Shown here one piece after another: positions 27,621-37,433 of a DNA stretch of 64,000 nucleotides. Location of the stretch: NCBI GenBank assembly GCA_965216875.1, contig OZ244207.1, positions 7,520,001 through 7,584,000 on the forward strand. Direction: 5' to 3'. Every line of letters begins with the position of its first letter. The first letter of the stretch is position 1. A program made the position numbers and the translations under genes. Source of the DNA: Rubripirellula sp. Lineage in GTDB: Bacteria > Planctomycetota > Planctomycetia > Pirellulales > Pirellulaceae. Below the pieces are notes generated by a model. The model was given only the letters and a program-made list of their open reading frames with translations. It made no database searches and was not told the origin of the DNA.

Positions 27621-28238
27621 ATGACGCTAAGTGTTGCCAACATCGTTGATGCCACCGAGGCCGAAGGACCAGGCGTACGGTTTGCGATTTGGTTCCAGGG
27701 GTGTCCGTTCCGGTGCCCCGGTTGCTGCAATCCAGAGATGCTGACGTTTCGCGGCGGCACCGAGATGTCGGTCGCCGACGTGGCCCAGCGTATTGGCAAC
27801 GCGCTCGAGAACGAAGCGATTGAAGGGATCACGCTCCTCGGTGGCGAGCCCTTCTCGCATGCACGTGGCGCAAGTCAGCTTGCCGAGATCGCGCAAGTCA
27901 TGGGGCTGTCGGTGATGGTTTTTACCGGCCACGAGTTTTCACAGTTGCAAGCCAACCCAGACGATGACGTTCAGTCGCTGATGGAACACACCGATTTGCT
28001 GGTCGATGGTTTGTACGATCGAGACCAACCCGACACGACACGTCGCTGGATCGGATCAATGAACCAAGAGATCCACTTTTTATCGGGGCGATACAGCCGC
28101 GAAGACGCTTTCTGGAACAAACCTGATACGCTTGAGATTCGGCTACGCGATGGCGAGCTTGCGGTCAATGGTTTTCCAGCGAAGTCGGCGGTCGGTGTTT
28201 GGAAACGCCCACGCAAATCGTCGAAAACTCGGTCGTAG
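27621..28238 (+). CDS. NrdG/PflA-like radical SAM (4Fe-4S single cluster) protein
   Basis: EGPGVRFAIWFQGCPFRCPGCCNP (CxxxCxxC), GITLLGGEPF, DLLVDG.Y, WIGS.NQ. Confidence 0.9.
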   Translation: MTLSVANIVDATEAEGPGVRFAIWFQGCPFRCPGCCNPEMLTFRGGTEMSVADVAQRIGNALENEAIEGITLLGGEPFSHARGASQLAEIAQVMGLSVMVFTGHEFSQLQANPDDDVQSLMEHTDLLVDGLYDRDQPDTTRRWIGSMNQEIHFLSGRYSREDAFWNKPDTLEIRLRDGELAVNGFPAKSAVGVWKRPRKSSKTRS

Positions 28239-28333
28239 CTGCCTTGGCCAGAGGAGTGGAATGGTGTTGGCAAGCCACGCCCAACTTGCTGGCGAGCGTC
28301 GCTCCTGCGTGACCGACAACACAACAATCTAAT

Positions 28334-29371
28334 ATGCGTTCCGTCTCACGTTTCGAATCGAACCTGCTGCGAATCCTGCACTGCATCATGGGGCAGGCTG
28401 AGGTGACGCATGTGTTGCCGATCGTGTCCAAGGGGCAAAACCGTCCCAAGTGTTTGAGCCGCGACTGCGTCGAACTGGTCAAGCAGGCTCTTGGTGCGGG
28501 CACGATCACATTCCTCGCCGCCGAAGATGCCTGGAAGCATGAGCGTTACTTGCGCAACGACCAGATTTCCGAAGGCCGGCTTTGGCAACGCACCGATCCG
28601 TCTGAGCTTGGCCTTGAGTTTTCGGCTGCGTCGCTCGACCTGTTGATGTGGCTGACCGAACAACATGCGCCACAGAGCATGCCGCCTTGGGAATATGAGG
28701 GGCAACTCACGCTTGGCGACGAATTCTTGGTTGCTTTGACCGCGCTTGCGTTTTCCGATACCAAGATGCTGGTCCATTGTTTTCGTGTGGGGCGATTCGC
28801 TCAGGCAACGCTGGCGCCTTTGCTGGTGCCTGGCGGGTACGCCTATTCTCGAGTGACGCCTGAGCCTGACTATTCGTCGTGGGTTTCCGCGCCGGGTTGT
28901 TACGTCATCGAATCGATCCAGAAGCGTTTGGCCGCGCGTTGGACCCGGCTCGAAACCACAAAGCAGCGTTTACTATTGCCGGCAGAAATGCGTGCCGTCG
29001 GACAGGTCCAGGAAAGCGTCCTGACCGCCTGGATGGACGCCTGTGAAAAGGCAAATCGAAGAGATTTGTGCCGTTTTCTTTTCGAAGTTGCGGCGAAAGT
29101 CTACCGCGAGCAGACCACGTCTCGCGACTTCTTTGGCAATCTCGATACCAAAGACATGCGGCTGGCAGAGCGAACCGAAGTCTACCAAGTGGGGTCTGCA
29201 TTGATGCGAGCTGTCGACCGGCTGCGTCGCTGGCAGACTGCCAGTCAATCGGTCGGCTATTTCGACGAAGGCTATGCGGAGTCTCAGCTTCTCAAGTCGC
29301 TGTGGGAATCGGGGGCGATGGATGAAGCTGCGGCTCACGCCAGCCGGGTCAGCAAGGAACTCGATTTTTAG
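28334..29371 (+). CDS. Hypothetical helical protein, probable FtsH-ternary-system component (fvmX6-like)
   Basis: Motifs GRLWQR...LEFSAAS, RRDLCRFL, SVGYFDEGYAESQ; assignment from recalled family and neighbourhood. Confidence 0.55.
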   Translation: MRSVSRFESNLLRILHCIMGQAEVTHVLPIVSKGQNRPKCLSRDCVELVKQALGAGTITFLAAEDAWKHERYLRNDQISEGRLWQRTDPSELGLEFSAASLDLLMWLTEQHAPQSMPPWEYEGQLTLGDEFLVALTALAFSDTKMLVHCFRVGRFAQATLAPLLVPGGYAYSRVTPEPDYSSWVSAPGCYVIESIQKRLAARWTRLETTKQRLLLPAEMRAVGQVQESVLTAWMDACEKANRRDLCRFLFEVAAKVYREQTTSRDFFGNLDTKDMRLAERTEVYQVGSALMRAVDRLRRWQTASQSVGYFDEGYAESQLLKSLWESGAMDEAAAHASRVSKELDF

Positions 29372-29491
29372 ACTCTTCGAATCGCCGGATCGACAGTATG
29401 CCTCCGGTTGTTGTCGAGCTTTTGACGCTTTCACAGCTATCTCCTCTCTGTTGAACATGCGAAAATAGGGCAAGCATTGGAGGACATTTGC

Positions 29492-30061
29492 ATGAGCCGA
29501 GCATATCGAATCAGCGTCAGTGAAACGGTTCGCCGAGTCATTCACGCCGAGGACCACGTCAGCACTCAACTAGAAATCTTGGATGTGTTGCCGTGCGACC
29601 AAATGACCGACCTGTTGGCAGCCGAACTCGAAGGCCTTGGTTTCGAGCGAGACGGTGACGAGATGGTTCGCAAAGATGGCCCGACGACGGTTACCGTCGA
29701 CTTGCCATCGGCAACCGTCACGGTCACCAACGAAGCTGCCAAAGAAGTGAAGGTGTCGGGCAAGAAAACGGGCGTGACCTACGACGACTACGGTCCAAGT
29801 ACAAAAGAGGCCAAGGCAAAGGTCAAAGAGTCGTTGACGAAAGAACTCGAAAGCAACGTCGACGAAAAAGAAGCTGCCCTTCAAAAGAAGATCACCGACG
29901 AACTCGAATCGACACTTTCGGGTTTGCGAAAAGAACTCGATCAAGCAGTCAATCGAGTGACGGCAACCGCGCTGAAACAGAAAGCGGCACAGATTGGCCA
30001 GATCAAAGAGCTAACCGAAGATCCCGAATCGGGTTCACTCACGATTGTCGTCGAAGTGTAA
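29492..30061 (+). CDS. Hypothetical protein, probable FtsH-ternary-system component (fvmX5-like)
   Basis: GGAGG RBS; MSRAYRISVSE...LEILDVLP; coiled coil; C-terminal ALKQKAAQIGQIKELTED..SGSLTIVVEV. Confidence 0.65.
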   Translation: MSRAYRISVSETVRRVIHAEDHVSTQLEILDVLPCDQMTDLLAAELEGLGFERDGDEMVRKDGPTTVTVDLPSATVTVTNEAAKEVKVSGKKTGVTYDDYGPSTKEAKAKVKESLTKELESNVDEKEAALQKKITDELESTLSGLRKELDQAVNRVTATALKQKAAQIGQIKELTEDPESGSLTIVVEV

Positions 30062-30083
30062 TTCGACCAGTGCCAGACGTCCC

Positions 30084-30180
30084 GTGAGCCGTACGCGCTA
30101 GCGTCGGGCTTTGCACCAGCGACTGGTCTTGCATTGCAGTTCGCATCACGGAGAGCCCGACGCTAGCGCGTTCGGCTCAC
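30084..30180. repeat. Inverted pair of REP family A (REPIN-like doublet)
   Basis: GTGAGCCGTACGCGCTAGCGTCGGGC 30084-30109 and inverted copy 30155-30180. Confidence 0.85.
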
Positions 30181-30320
30181 TGCATGCAGACCGCTGCCGT
30201 TTCGTCGTACCGAGCGTTTGCCGGAATCGTCAGGCGATTTGCCCAAAGGCGGCAATGCAAACGTGGAGGCCGCCGCGCAGCTGCCTCCCATACACCTTCT
30301 CACTCGCATAAAATTGCATC

Positions 30321-32477
30321 ATGTCTGTCATCATTCCCGAGTCGGAATTGCCGAAAGAGCTAACGCCTGAGCAGTCGGTCGAAGCGGCCTATGCAGAAAC
30401 GCTTAGCGACGTGGCGTCTGATTTGATCCGCGGTCTTCCTGCGCTTGTCGAATGTGACAAGGACTTGGCGCCGTACGTGTTCATGAATGTTCGCGCGCGG
30501 TTACGTCAAGAAGACTTGCGATGCCTCTATTTGGACGGTCGCCCGCCCGCCGACCAACCACCCGATCCTATGCAGGGCGGGTTGTTGGGCACGATGATTG
30601 GGCAGTTGCGTGATGCCGTTCGAGGCGCGGTGGAACGTCGCGTCGTTGTTTTGCCACACCTGGATCTGCTGACAACAAGCCAGGGTGGTTTGACCGCCGA
30701 AGCACGCGAAGTCATTCCGCTGCTTTACGAAAACCCCGAGTTGGTTTGGTTGGGATTCAAAGACCCTTCCTTTCCGCTTCCCGAAGTGATCGAGAATCTG
30801 TTCCCGCATCGGTACAGTTTGCTGGGGATCCCACGTCCGCGGCTCAAACAGTTGGTCACGCAGAAAGAAGCTCGCAAGTTTGGCAAAGAGTTCAACCCGT
30901 GGAGTCTGTACAAATACGTTTCAGGGATGAACGCAGTTCGGCTGCGCAAATTGTTGTCGACCCTCGAGGGGGAAGACTACCCGAGTGATCCGCGCCGCGC
31001 GTATGCACAGATTCGCCAAGCGACCAGTGGCGGAACACTGGAAGTACCTCGCGTCGACCTGCAAAACGACATTGGTGGCTACTCGAAAGTCAAGAAACGA
31101 CTGTCGTCCGAGATCCTCGAAGTGTTGTCGACGAAAGAGAGTCGAACCGACCCCGAAGAAATCAAGCGACTTGAAGAGTTGATTCCTCGTGGAATGGTTT
31201 TCTGGGGGCCTCCCGGGACGGGCAAGACGATGTTTGCCAAGGCGATCGCGACCGCAATCGGGGCGGCGATCACCGTTGTTTCGGGGCCGGAGCTTAAGAG
31301 TCGTTGGGTCGGCGAAAGTGAAGAACGATTGCGCCAGATCTTTCATCGTGCGCGACAATCCGCTCCTTCGATCATCGTCTTTGACGAACTCGATTCGTTC
31401 GCGGCCGCACGTGGCACTTACACCGGCAGTGGCGTCGAGCACTCGATGGTCAACCAGTTGCTTACCGAGATGGATGGATTCCATAGTGAGGAATTGGTCT
31501 TTGTGGTTGGCACGACGAACTTTGTCGACATCCTCGACCCCGCACTCTTGCGCCCTGGACGCTTTGAGTTCCACCTGCACATTCCCCATCCCGATCGGGA
31601 TGATCGTCGCGCGATTCTGAAAATCTACGACGAGAAGATGAACTTGAACCTCACCGAAGAGGCTCTCGAGTTCGCTGTCCGACGCACGGGAGAGTTTGTC
31701 GAAGGTGCAGCGGCGGGAACGCGATTCTCGGGCGACCATATCAACGCACTCTGTCGCGCGGTCGCACGGAATCGTTTGCGTGACAATGTCGATGGTCCAA
31801 CCGAGGCGAAAGACATCGATCGAGCACTGACCGAATGGGTGGATCGGCCGAAGATGACGCCTGTCGAAGAACGTGTTGTTGCCACACACGAGGCGGGACA
31901 CGCGGTCGTCGCCTTGTTCTGTCCGCACGCACCGCCGATCGATCGAATCTCGATTCGCGCCGACACTGCTGGGGCGCTCGGGTTTGTGCGTCACCAGGAT
32001 CCCGCTCACAAGTATGTTGTCACCCAAGGCGAACTCTTGGATCAGATTTGCATCTTGATGGGTGGCCGCGAAGCCGAACAGCAACTTTTGGATGACCTTT
32101 CAATCGGATCGTCTGGTGATTTGTCGCGCGCGACAGATATCGCACGAGCGCTCGTGGAAGACTATGGCGGTGGCGGCAGTCAGGTTGGCATCGGGCACTA
32201 CCCAACACAACGAATGCCAGGAACGCCACAACAAGAGCTCTCGGCAAGTCAGCTTGAAGCGATCGACCAACAGGTCCGAGCGATTCTTGAAGAGCAGCGG
32301 CAGCGTGCCGTGGGCATCCTTGCCGAACACCACGACCTGATTGTCGTCTTGCGTGACCTGCTGCTCGAAAAGAAGGTCATTGACGCGAAAAGCCTTGGCG
32401 AATTGACGCAAGATCAAGGTGTCACCTTGCCAGTGAAGTCGCATTCCACTGCCGGCCAGTCCAGCACATCTGAATAA
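30321..32477 (+). CDS. Soluble FtsH-like AAA+ ATPase / M41 zinc protease
   Basis: Walker A GPPGTGKT, pore loop RWVGESE, Walker B IVFDELDS, SRH LDPALLRPGRF, HEAGH, MGGREAE, GSSGDL..AT; no TM segments. Confidence 0.9.
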   Translation: MSVIIPESELPKELTPEQSVEAAYAETLSDVASDLIRGLPALVECDKDLAPYVFMNVRARLRQEDLRCLYLDGRPPADQPPDPMQGGLLGTMIGQLRDAVRGAVERRVVVLPHLDLLTTSQGGLTAEAREVIPLLYENPELVWLGFKDPSFPLPEVIENLFPHRYSLLGIPRPRLKQLVTQKEARKFGKEFNPWSLYKYVSGMNAVRLRKLLSTLEGEDYPSDPRRAYAQIRQATSGGTLEVPRVDLQNDIGGYSKVKKRLSSEILEVLSTKESRTDPEEIKRLEELIPRGMVFWGPPGTGKTMFAKAIATAIGAAITVVSGPELKSRWVGESEERLRQIFHRARQSAPSIIVFDELDSFAAARGTYTGSGVEHSMVNQLLTEMDGFHSEELVFVVGTTNFVDILDPALLRPGRFEFHLHIPHPDRDDRRAILKIYDEKMNLNLTEEALEFAVRRTGEFVEGAAAGTRFSGDHINALCRAVARNRLRDNVDGPTEAKDIDRALTEWVDRPKMTPVEERVVATHEAGHAVVALFCPHAPPIDRISIRADTAGALGFVRHQDPAHKYVVTQGELLDQICILMGGREAEQQLLDDLSIGSSGDLSRATDIARALVEDYGGGGSQVGIGHYPTQRMPGTPQQELSASQLEAIDQQVRAILEEQRQRAVGILAEHHDLIVVLRDLLLEKKVIDAKSLGELTQDQGVTLPVKSHSTAGQSSTSE

Positions 32478-32551
32478 CCATCGTCGCCTACAATGGTCTC
32501 TGGTCACGGACCTTATCGACGGACCTACCTCATCGTTGAAATGACAAACTC

Positions 32552-32821
32552 ATGGCTGAAATGACAATCCGGCTTCGCGTGAACCCCGAGACCGGAAAAA
32601 AAGACATCGTCGTCGATCTTCGAAGTGAGGAAGATTCGCTTCCGCATGAACATGAACAGCAACACAAGCAGCTTGTCGACAAGTTGATCGAAGGGGGCCT
32701 CGTGAGTGCTGCCGAAGTTGGCCAAGTGATTGTCCAACGCGAAGAAGAGACACCGGTTAGCAATTCGCCAGTCGACAACCCACAACAAGATCAACGCCAA
32801 GCTGCGCAAGAAGGAAACTAA
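32552..32821 (+). CDS. Small hypothetical protein, probable FtsH-ternary-system component (fvmX3-like)
   Basis: MAEMTIRLRVNPETGKKDIVVDLRSEEDSLPHEHEQQH; between FtsH-like and large helical genes. Confidence 0.65.
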   Translation: MAEMTIRLRVNPETGKKDIVVDLRSEEDSLPHEHEQQHKQLVDKLIEGGLVSAAEVGQVIVQREEETPVSNSPVDNPQQDQRQAAQEGN

Positions 32822-32898
32822 GCCGCATTCATGCCAAGGCGATCAAAGCTCGCATTGCCTTTTCCAACGCATGGGATGTCTTTTCGGCGTCGACCACG

Positions 32899-35800
32899 AT
32901 GATCCTGCAATTCCCGAATCTCGATTCGCTTAAGATCGCCATCACTTCGGAACTGGTTAGCCAGTCGATTCAGGCTGCGCCGGTGCGCGTTGCCTTTTTG
33001 GGTGACTTGGTTTTGGTCGAACCAAGCAAGCCGATCAAACGTGGCGAGATGTCTGAGTTGGTGCGGCTGGGGGTCGAAAAGAAACGAAGCGTCAAAGCCG
33101 AGTATCGCGACCTTATCAACTGGTACGAAGCGTTGCCGCTGACGCCCGTCGAGGAAGACGCGATCGGCGAGAAGAGCGAAGTGCTGTTCGAGTTATCGGG
33201 CGACGACACGCTGGCAAACGTTGTTGGGGAAATGCTTCGCCTGGGAAATGACCGTCAAAGTTTTCGCTACGTCGGCGAGAACGGATCGACACGCGCGCTG
33301 CTTCGAGTCACGGGGCCGCCCTACTACACGATGCTACGTGCACTTGATGACGAGGCCCACGCACGCACTGATGGTGATTTGGTTGCCTACGTCCAGCAAG
33401 GGCCTCGTGTTTGGATCGAAGCAGGTTGGCGGCACCCGTTTGGTGACCGCATTGAACCGGCGCCAGGACAATGGTTGTTGGTCAGTCAATCCGCGCCTTG
33501 GCGTTTCATTGACGAGGGACACTTTCGTGATGTCTACAAGCTGCTGAAGCTTGAATTGCCCAATGGCGTTTCGACGTTTCAAGAGACCGAGCCAGAGCAG
33601 AAGATTCAAGTCAATTTGCAACTCGCGGCCGGTGGTTCCAGCGACGCGCCCGAACTCTGGGTGCTCACCAAAGATGCAATGCGTCAAACGGAGTCGCTGA
33701 TTCGTCGCAGTGATGATCGCTTGATTTCACGCCTTGCCTTTGCCGTTACCCACGAAGCGGACGTCAACGATGGTCAGCCCGTTGTGATCATTCGGGCGAG
33801 ACCATCAAAACACGCGCCGCCAATCTTGGTGTTGGATGGGGACGCGATGCGCCCCTACCTGAGGATCCCTAACCTGTTCGTGCCGGTGACGAGCCGAATT
33901 CATCCACCGCTGCGGCGCGATGCCGTGACAAGTCTGCTCGCCTCGGATGGCGAGTTGATCACTTGGTTGATGCCAGCGGGCGAGGACTCGTTCGTTCCAC
34001 AATCGATTTCGGATGGCGCTTTTCGTCCGCTTGAGGATTGGGTCGACTACGTTCTTGATCACGACCAACAAGAACTCAAGGCATGGATGGCCTCGCATCA
34101 ATTTGACTTCGAATCGTTTGTTTGTGGCGAGCGGGGCGCTGAAGAGAAACCGAAACGAACGGACAAACGGGACGACAAAACAAAAGACACGGCCAAGGCA
34201 TCTGGCTCGAGCGGTGGAAAAACGTCGAGCAAGCGGTCCGGCGGTGGGAAACGCACAACCAAATCACAGTCCAACTCGGCCGATCTTGAGTTTCTGAAAA
34301 CAACGATCAAGAAACCAAAGCAAGACGCCGTTCAGATCCGATTGCGCGAGCTTGAGAGCGCGTTCATCGAATCGGACGAACCGATCGACTCGGCGCATCG
34401 TGAGGGGATGTGGGAAGAGATGGCGATCGCCAACGCGACGCTACAGCGACGACATGATTCGACCGTCTGCTGGGTCAACTCCGTTTGGAATCAGGCCGAG
34501 CCGGACTCGCAGCGAGTTGAGAAGTGGATGGCATGCGAGCAGCATGGCGCGAGCGTTAGTGAACTTGATGAAACGTCGTTGTCCAGCGTTCTCTCATCGC
34601 GGGATGCTGCCACGTCCAATCCGGCCCTCGTTGCCGCTTTCCTGACATGGGCGGGATCGCAGGAGTCGACTCCGGCGATTGCCAGGAACCGATTGAACGA
34701 ACTGACGCAATACTTGCAATCCAACGAGTCGGGTTTGCCGATCCGTGCCGCGTGGATGTCGTGGGTCGCACTCTACAGGATGACCGGCAACGACGAACTC
34801 TTGCTGGCTCGGGCCCGCGATCGTGTTCTGCAACGACTGTTCGACAAAGGAATGACGCCCGAGTTCGACATGGCGGGCTTCATGCGAACCGGTGGCGGTG
34901 AAGCTAATGATCGTTTTCGCACAGTACGTGAACAACTTCTGAATTTGAAAACGCAGGTTGCCAAGTGGGTTCAAGAACCTGATGGCAAGGCAGAGGCACG
35001 TACACGCAGCTATTGTGACTTGGTTTTTGCATTTGCGCTGGCTCGGCTCGGAGAGACCAAGCAGTGCAACATCATCTTGGACGAAGTCGCCGAGCAGTTT
35101 GCGCGCAACGGTGACGAATTGCACATGTGGGCCTGTGAAGCCTATTCGCACCGAGTTCGACAATCTCTGGCAGGGGAATACAAGACGGATCCGTTGCCCG
35201 AGGAATTGGTTGGCCGGCTTGAATCGATGCAGATGTTTGATCGTTATAAGTTGGAAAAGCTTCGCAACATGTCGTTGGTGCTTGAGCCGGCGTTTCGAGT
35301 TGACGCATATTCCAATACCACCGCCAACCAGTTGGGCGATTTCAACCGCGATTTGTTGAGTCTACAGAACACGTTAGGTGCCGATGAAATCGGTGATGTC
35401 GTTCGAGAGTTGTTGGCGAAGTACCCGGAAGATGCCCATCGTCAACAGTTACTGCCCGTTGCGCTGCAGGTTGCACCTCAAGTCGACGAAAAACTGGCTG
35501 CCGTCTTGCTCGATCATTCCACTGAGATGATCAAGAAGACCGATGACGCGTATCAGTTAGCAAGCCTGTTGCAAAAGTCGCTGTTTGTCGCTGCCCATTA
35601 CGGACGCATCAGTCTGGTTCACCAAATCATGAACTCGTTGGTCAAGGCGTTGCCGAAGATTGTCGAGTCGTACATGACGATGGCCGATAGCAACGAAAAC
35701 GTCGCCAAGGTTCGCGGAATCGAGACCCTGTTCACACAGTCTTTTCGCGGTTTGCGAAAGCTTGGGATGAGGGGTGAGATCGGCGATCTGTATGCTCAGG

Positions 35801-36315
35801 TTGCAATGCTCTCGGCCGAGAAAGCCAAGCTGGGAGCATCGGCTCGCAAGAGTCAAAAAGGACGCGCCGGCGACGAGGCCCGGCCGATGCGTTTGATGCT
35901 CTCTGCGGCCGCCGGTTGGTTCTACTTTGGGCGAACCGAAGATGCACGCGAGATTGTCGACCAAGTTCGCGATCGCCTGTTCCGCGGGGACCTGGATGAA
36001 CGCGGGCAACTGAGGCTGTCGATCGCGTACCTGAACGCGATCTCGCAAGCCGACGTTGACGAGTCGTTGCGACGCGTCGAAGAGCTTTTTGTGATGAGCA
36101 AAACGGGCAAACGTCAGCTCAACAAAATTGGAGACAACGCGCAAACCAATTCGCACTTTTCGATCTCGCAGCTTGAGCTTGTTGAGCAATCCGTTTTGGC
36201 GCTGGTGAGTGAAGATTTCGTGTTGAGTGATCAATCGCGACGTTGGTTGGATGAAGACGAATTCCTGGTCAGGTCACGTATTCACCGCGATGTGCGTGAA
36301 GCGACGGGAACGTAA
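32899..36315 (+). CDS. Large hypothetical protein (N-terminal alpha/beta domain, K/S/G-rich linker, long helical region), probable fvmX7-like component
   Basis: 1138 aa uninterrupted ORF; motifs GPPYYT.LRA, PNLFVP...HPPLRRD, FRPLEDWVDY, RRWLDEDEFLVR.RIHRD. Confidence 0.6.
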   Translation: MILQFPNLDSLKIAITSELVSQSIQAAPVRVAFLGDLVLVEPSKPIKRGEMSELVRLGVEKKRSVKAEYRDLINWYEALPLTPVEEDAIGEKSEVLFELSGDDTLANVVGEMLRLGNDRQSFRYVGENGSTRALLRVTGPPYYTMLRALDDEAHARTDGDLVAYVQQGPRVWIEAGWRHPFGDRIEPAPGQWLLVSQSAPWRFIDEGHFRDVYKLLKLELPNGVSTFQETEPEQKIQVNLQLAAGGSSDAPELWVLTKDAMRQTESLIRRSDDRLISRLAFAVTHEADVNDGQPVVIIRARPSKHAPPILVLDGDAMRPYLRIPNLFVPVTSRIHPPLRRDAVTSLLASDGELITWLMPAGEDSFVPQSISDGAFRPLEDWVDYVLDHDQQELKAWMASHQFDFESFVCGERGAEEKPKRTDKRDDKTKDTAKASGSSGGKTSSKRSGGGKRTTKSQSNSADLEFLKTTIKKPKQDAVQIRLRELESAFIESDEPIDSAHREGMWEEMAIANATLQRRHDSTVCWVNSVWNQAEPDSQRVEKWMACEQHGASVSELDETSLSSVLSSRDAATSNPALVAAFLTWAGSQESTPAIARNRLNELTQYLQSNESGLPIRAAWMSWVALYRMTGNDELLLARARDRVLQRLFDKGMTPEFDMAGFMRTGGGEANDRFRTVREQLLNLKTQVAKWVQEPDGKAEARTRSYCDLVFAFALARLGETKQCNIILDEVAEQFARNGDELHMWACEAYSHRVRQSLAGEYKTDPLPEELVGRLESMQMFDRYKLEKLRNMSLVLEPAFRVDAYSNTTANQLGDFNRDLLSLQNTLGADEIGDVVRELLAKYPEDAHRQQLLPVALQVAPQVDEKLAAVLLDHSTEMIKKTDDAYQLASLLQKSLFVAAHYGRISLVHQIMNSLVKALPKIVESYMTMADSNENVAKVRGIETLFTQSFRGLRKLGMRGEIGDLYAQVAMLSAEKAKLGASARKSQKGRAGDEARPMRLMLSAAAGWFYFGRTEDAREIVDQVRDRLFRGDLDERGQLRLSIAYLNAISQADVDESLRRVEELFVMSKTGKRQLNKIGDNAQTNSHFSISQLELVEQSVLALVSEDFVLSDQSRRWLDEDEFLVRSRIHRDVREATGT

Positions 36316-36333
36316 AGAGAGATTTGAAAACAA

Positions 36334-37350
36334 ATGAGCACGATGGATATCAACGCCGAAGAAGCCACCCTTGAACAGCTTCGTGAAGAAGCCGAGGAGA
36401 TTCGCGCGCGATTGAACCGCTTCCGAACTTCACTCGGTCGCTTCTTTGTCGACAAACAGCACTTGATCGATTTGATGGTCGTCGCTGCCGTTGCGCAAGA
36501 ACCACTACTGATTGTGGGGCCGCCCGGAACGGCGAAAAGTGACCTTGTCTTGAAGTTCAAAGATGCCCTGGGTATTCGACAGGAAGACTACTTTGAGTAC
36601 ATGTTGACGCGGTTTACCGAGCCATCGGAGATCATTGGCCCGATCGATATCAACGAATTGCGTGACGGACGCTACATCCGCCGCGAGCAAGGGAAGCTGC
36701 CAACTGCGAAGCTTGCGTTCTTGGATGAAATCTTCAAGTCGAACTCGGCTATCTTGAATATCTTGTTGACCATCATCAACGAAAAGAAGTTCTACCAAGA
36801 CGGAGTGCCGCAGCCTGTTGCCTTGAGAGTGCTGTTTGCCGCGACCAATGAAATCCCCGAGCACGACGAACTTGGCGCGCTCAAGGATCGATTTGTGCTC
36901 AAGGCTGAAAGCTTGCCGGTCCAAAACGATCACTTCACCGATTTGATCGATGCGGGTTTGAAAGCCGAGGTGTACCGCAATTTGAATCAGCGTCCTTGGG
37001 TGGAAGATCACGCGTCGCTCGAAGACATCGTCAAAGCCCACCGCTACATGATGTTGTTGTTCGGGCAACGCGATTCTGGTGGCGAAGCGACGGACCGTTC
37101 GAAGTTCTTTCCCGATGACGTCTTCAACGAGTTCCGGCGGTTGATCAAGACGCTCGTTCGAGAAGACAAGATCTTCATTAGTGACCGAAAACTCGTGAAG
37201 CTTTACAAGTTGTTTCGCGTTCGTTCGTGGATCATGAGTGGCGGTTCCGTCACACGTGACGACTTGCGGCTATTGATGTATTTGGGTGAAACGCCTGAAG
37301 AGATGGCGCTGCTTCGAGAGAAAATCCCAAACCTGCTCGGCGAATCATGA
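36334..37350 (+). CDS. MoxR/RavA-type AAA+ ATPase
   Basis: EPLLIVGPPGTAKS, YMLTRFTEPSEIIGP, AFLDEIFKSNSAILN.LLTIINE, AATNEIP, ALKDRF, ISDRK. Confidence 0.93.
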   Translation: MSTMDINAEEATLEQLREEAEEIRARLNRFRTSLGRFFVDKQHLIDLMVVAAVAQEPLLIVGPPGTAKSDLVLKFKDALGIRQEDYFEYMLTRFTEPSEIIGPIDINELRDGRYIRREQGKLPTAKLAFLDEIFKSNSAILNILLTIINEKKFYQDGVPQPVALRVLFAATNEIPEHDELGALKDRFVLKAESLPVQNDHFTDLIDAGLKAEVYRNLNQRPWVEDHASLEDIVKAHRYMMLLFGQRDSGGEATDRSKFFPDDVFNEFRRLIKTLVREDKIFISDRKLVKLYKLFRVRSWIMSGGSVTRDDLRLLMYLGETPEEMALLREKIPNLLGES

Positions 37351-37433
37351 GTCAGTGTGGTCGGCACGACGCTAGCGCCGCGGACTGGCGTACCAGCAAT
37401 CACTCTCCCAAGGGAGAGTGTTAACGTGCGCAA

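Noticed and set aside
27621..28238. Calling the radical SAM nrdG of anaerobic ribonucleotide reductase
   Set aside because: No nrdD nearby; the context points to the FtsH/MoxR cluster.
30321..32477. Calling this the housekeeping ftsH
   Set aside because: It lacks N-terminal TM and periplasmic domains and sits in an accessory cluster.
37347..37433. ATGA-coupled in-frame start upstream of the vWA-like gene, suggesting readthrough or a pseudogene
   Set aside because: An in-frame TAA follows after 25 codons of non-descript sequence; downstream TTG starts explain the gene more simply.
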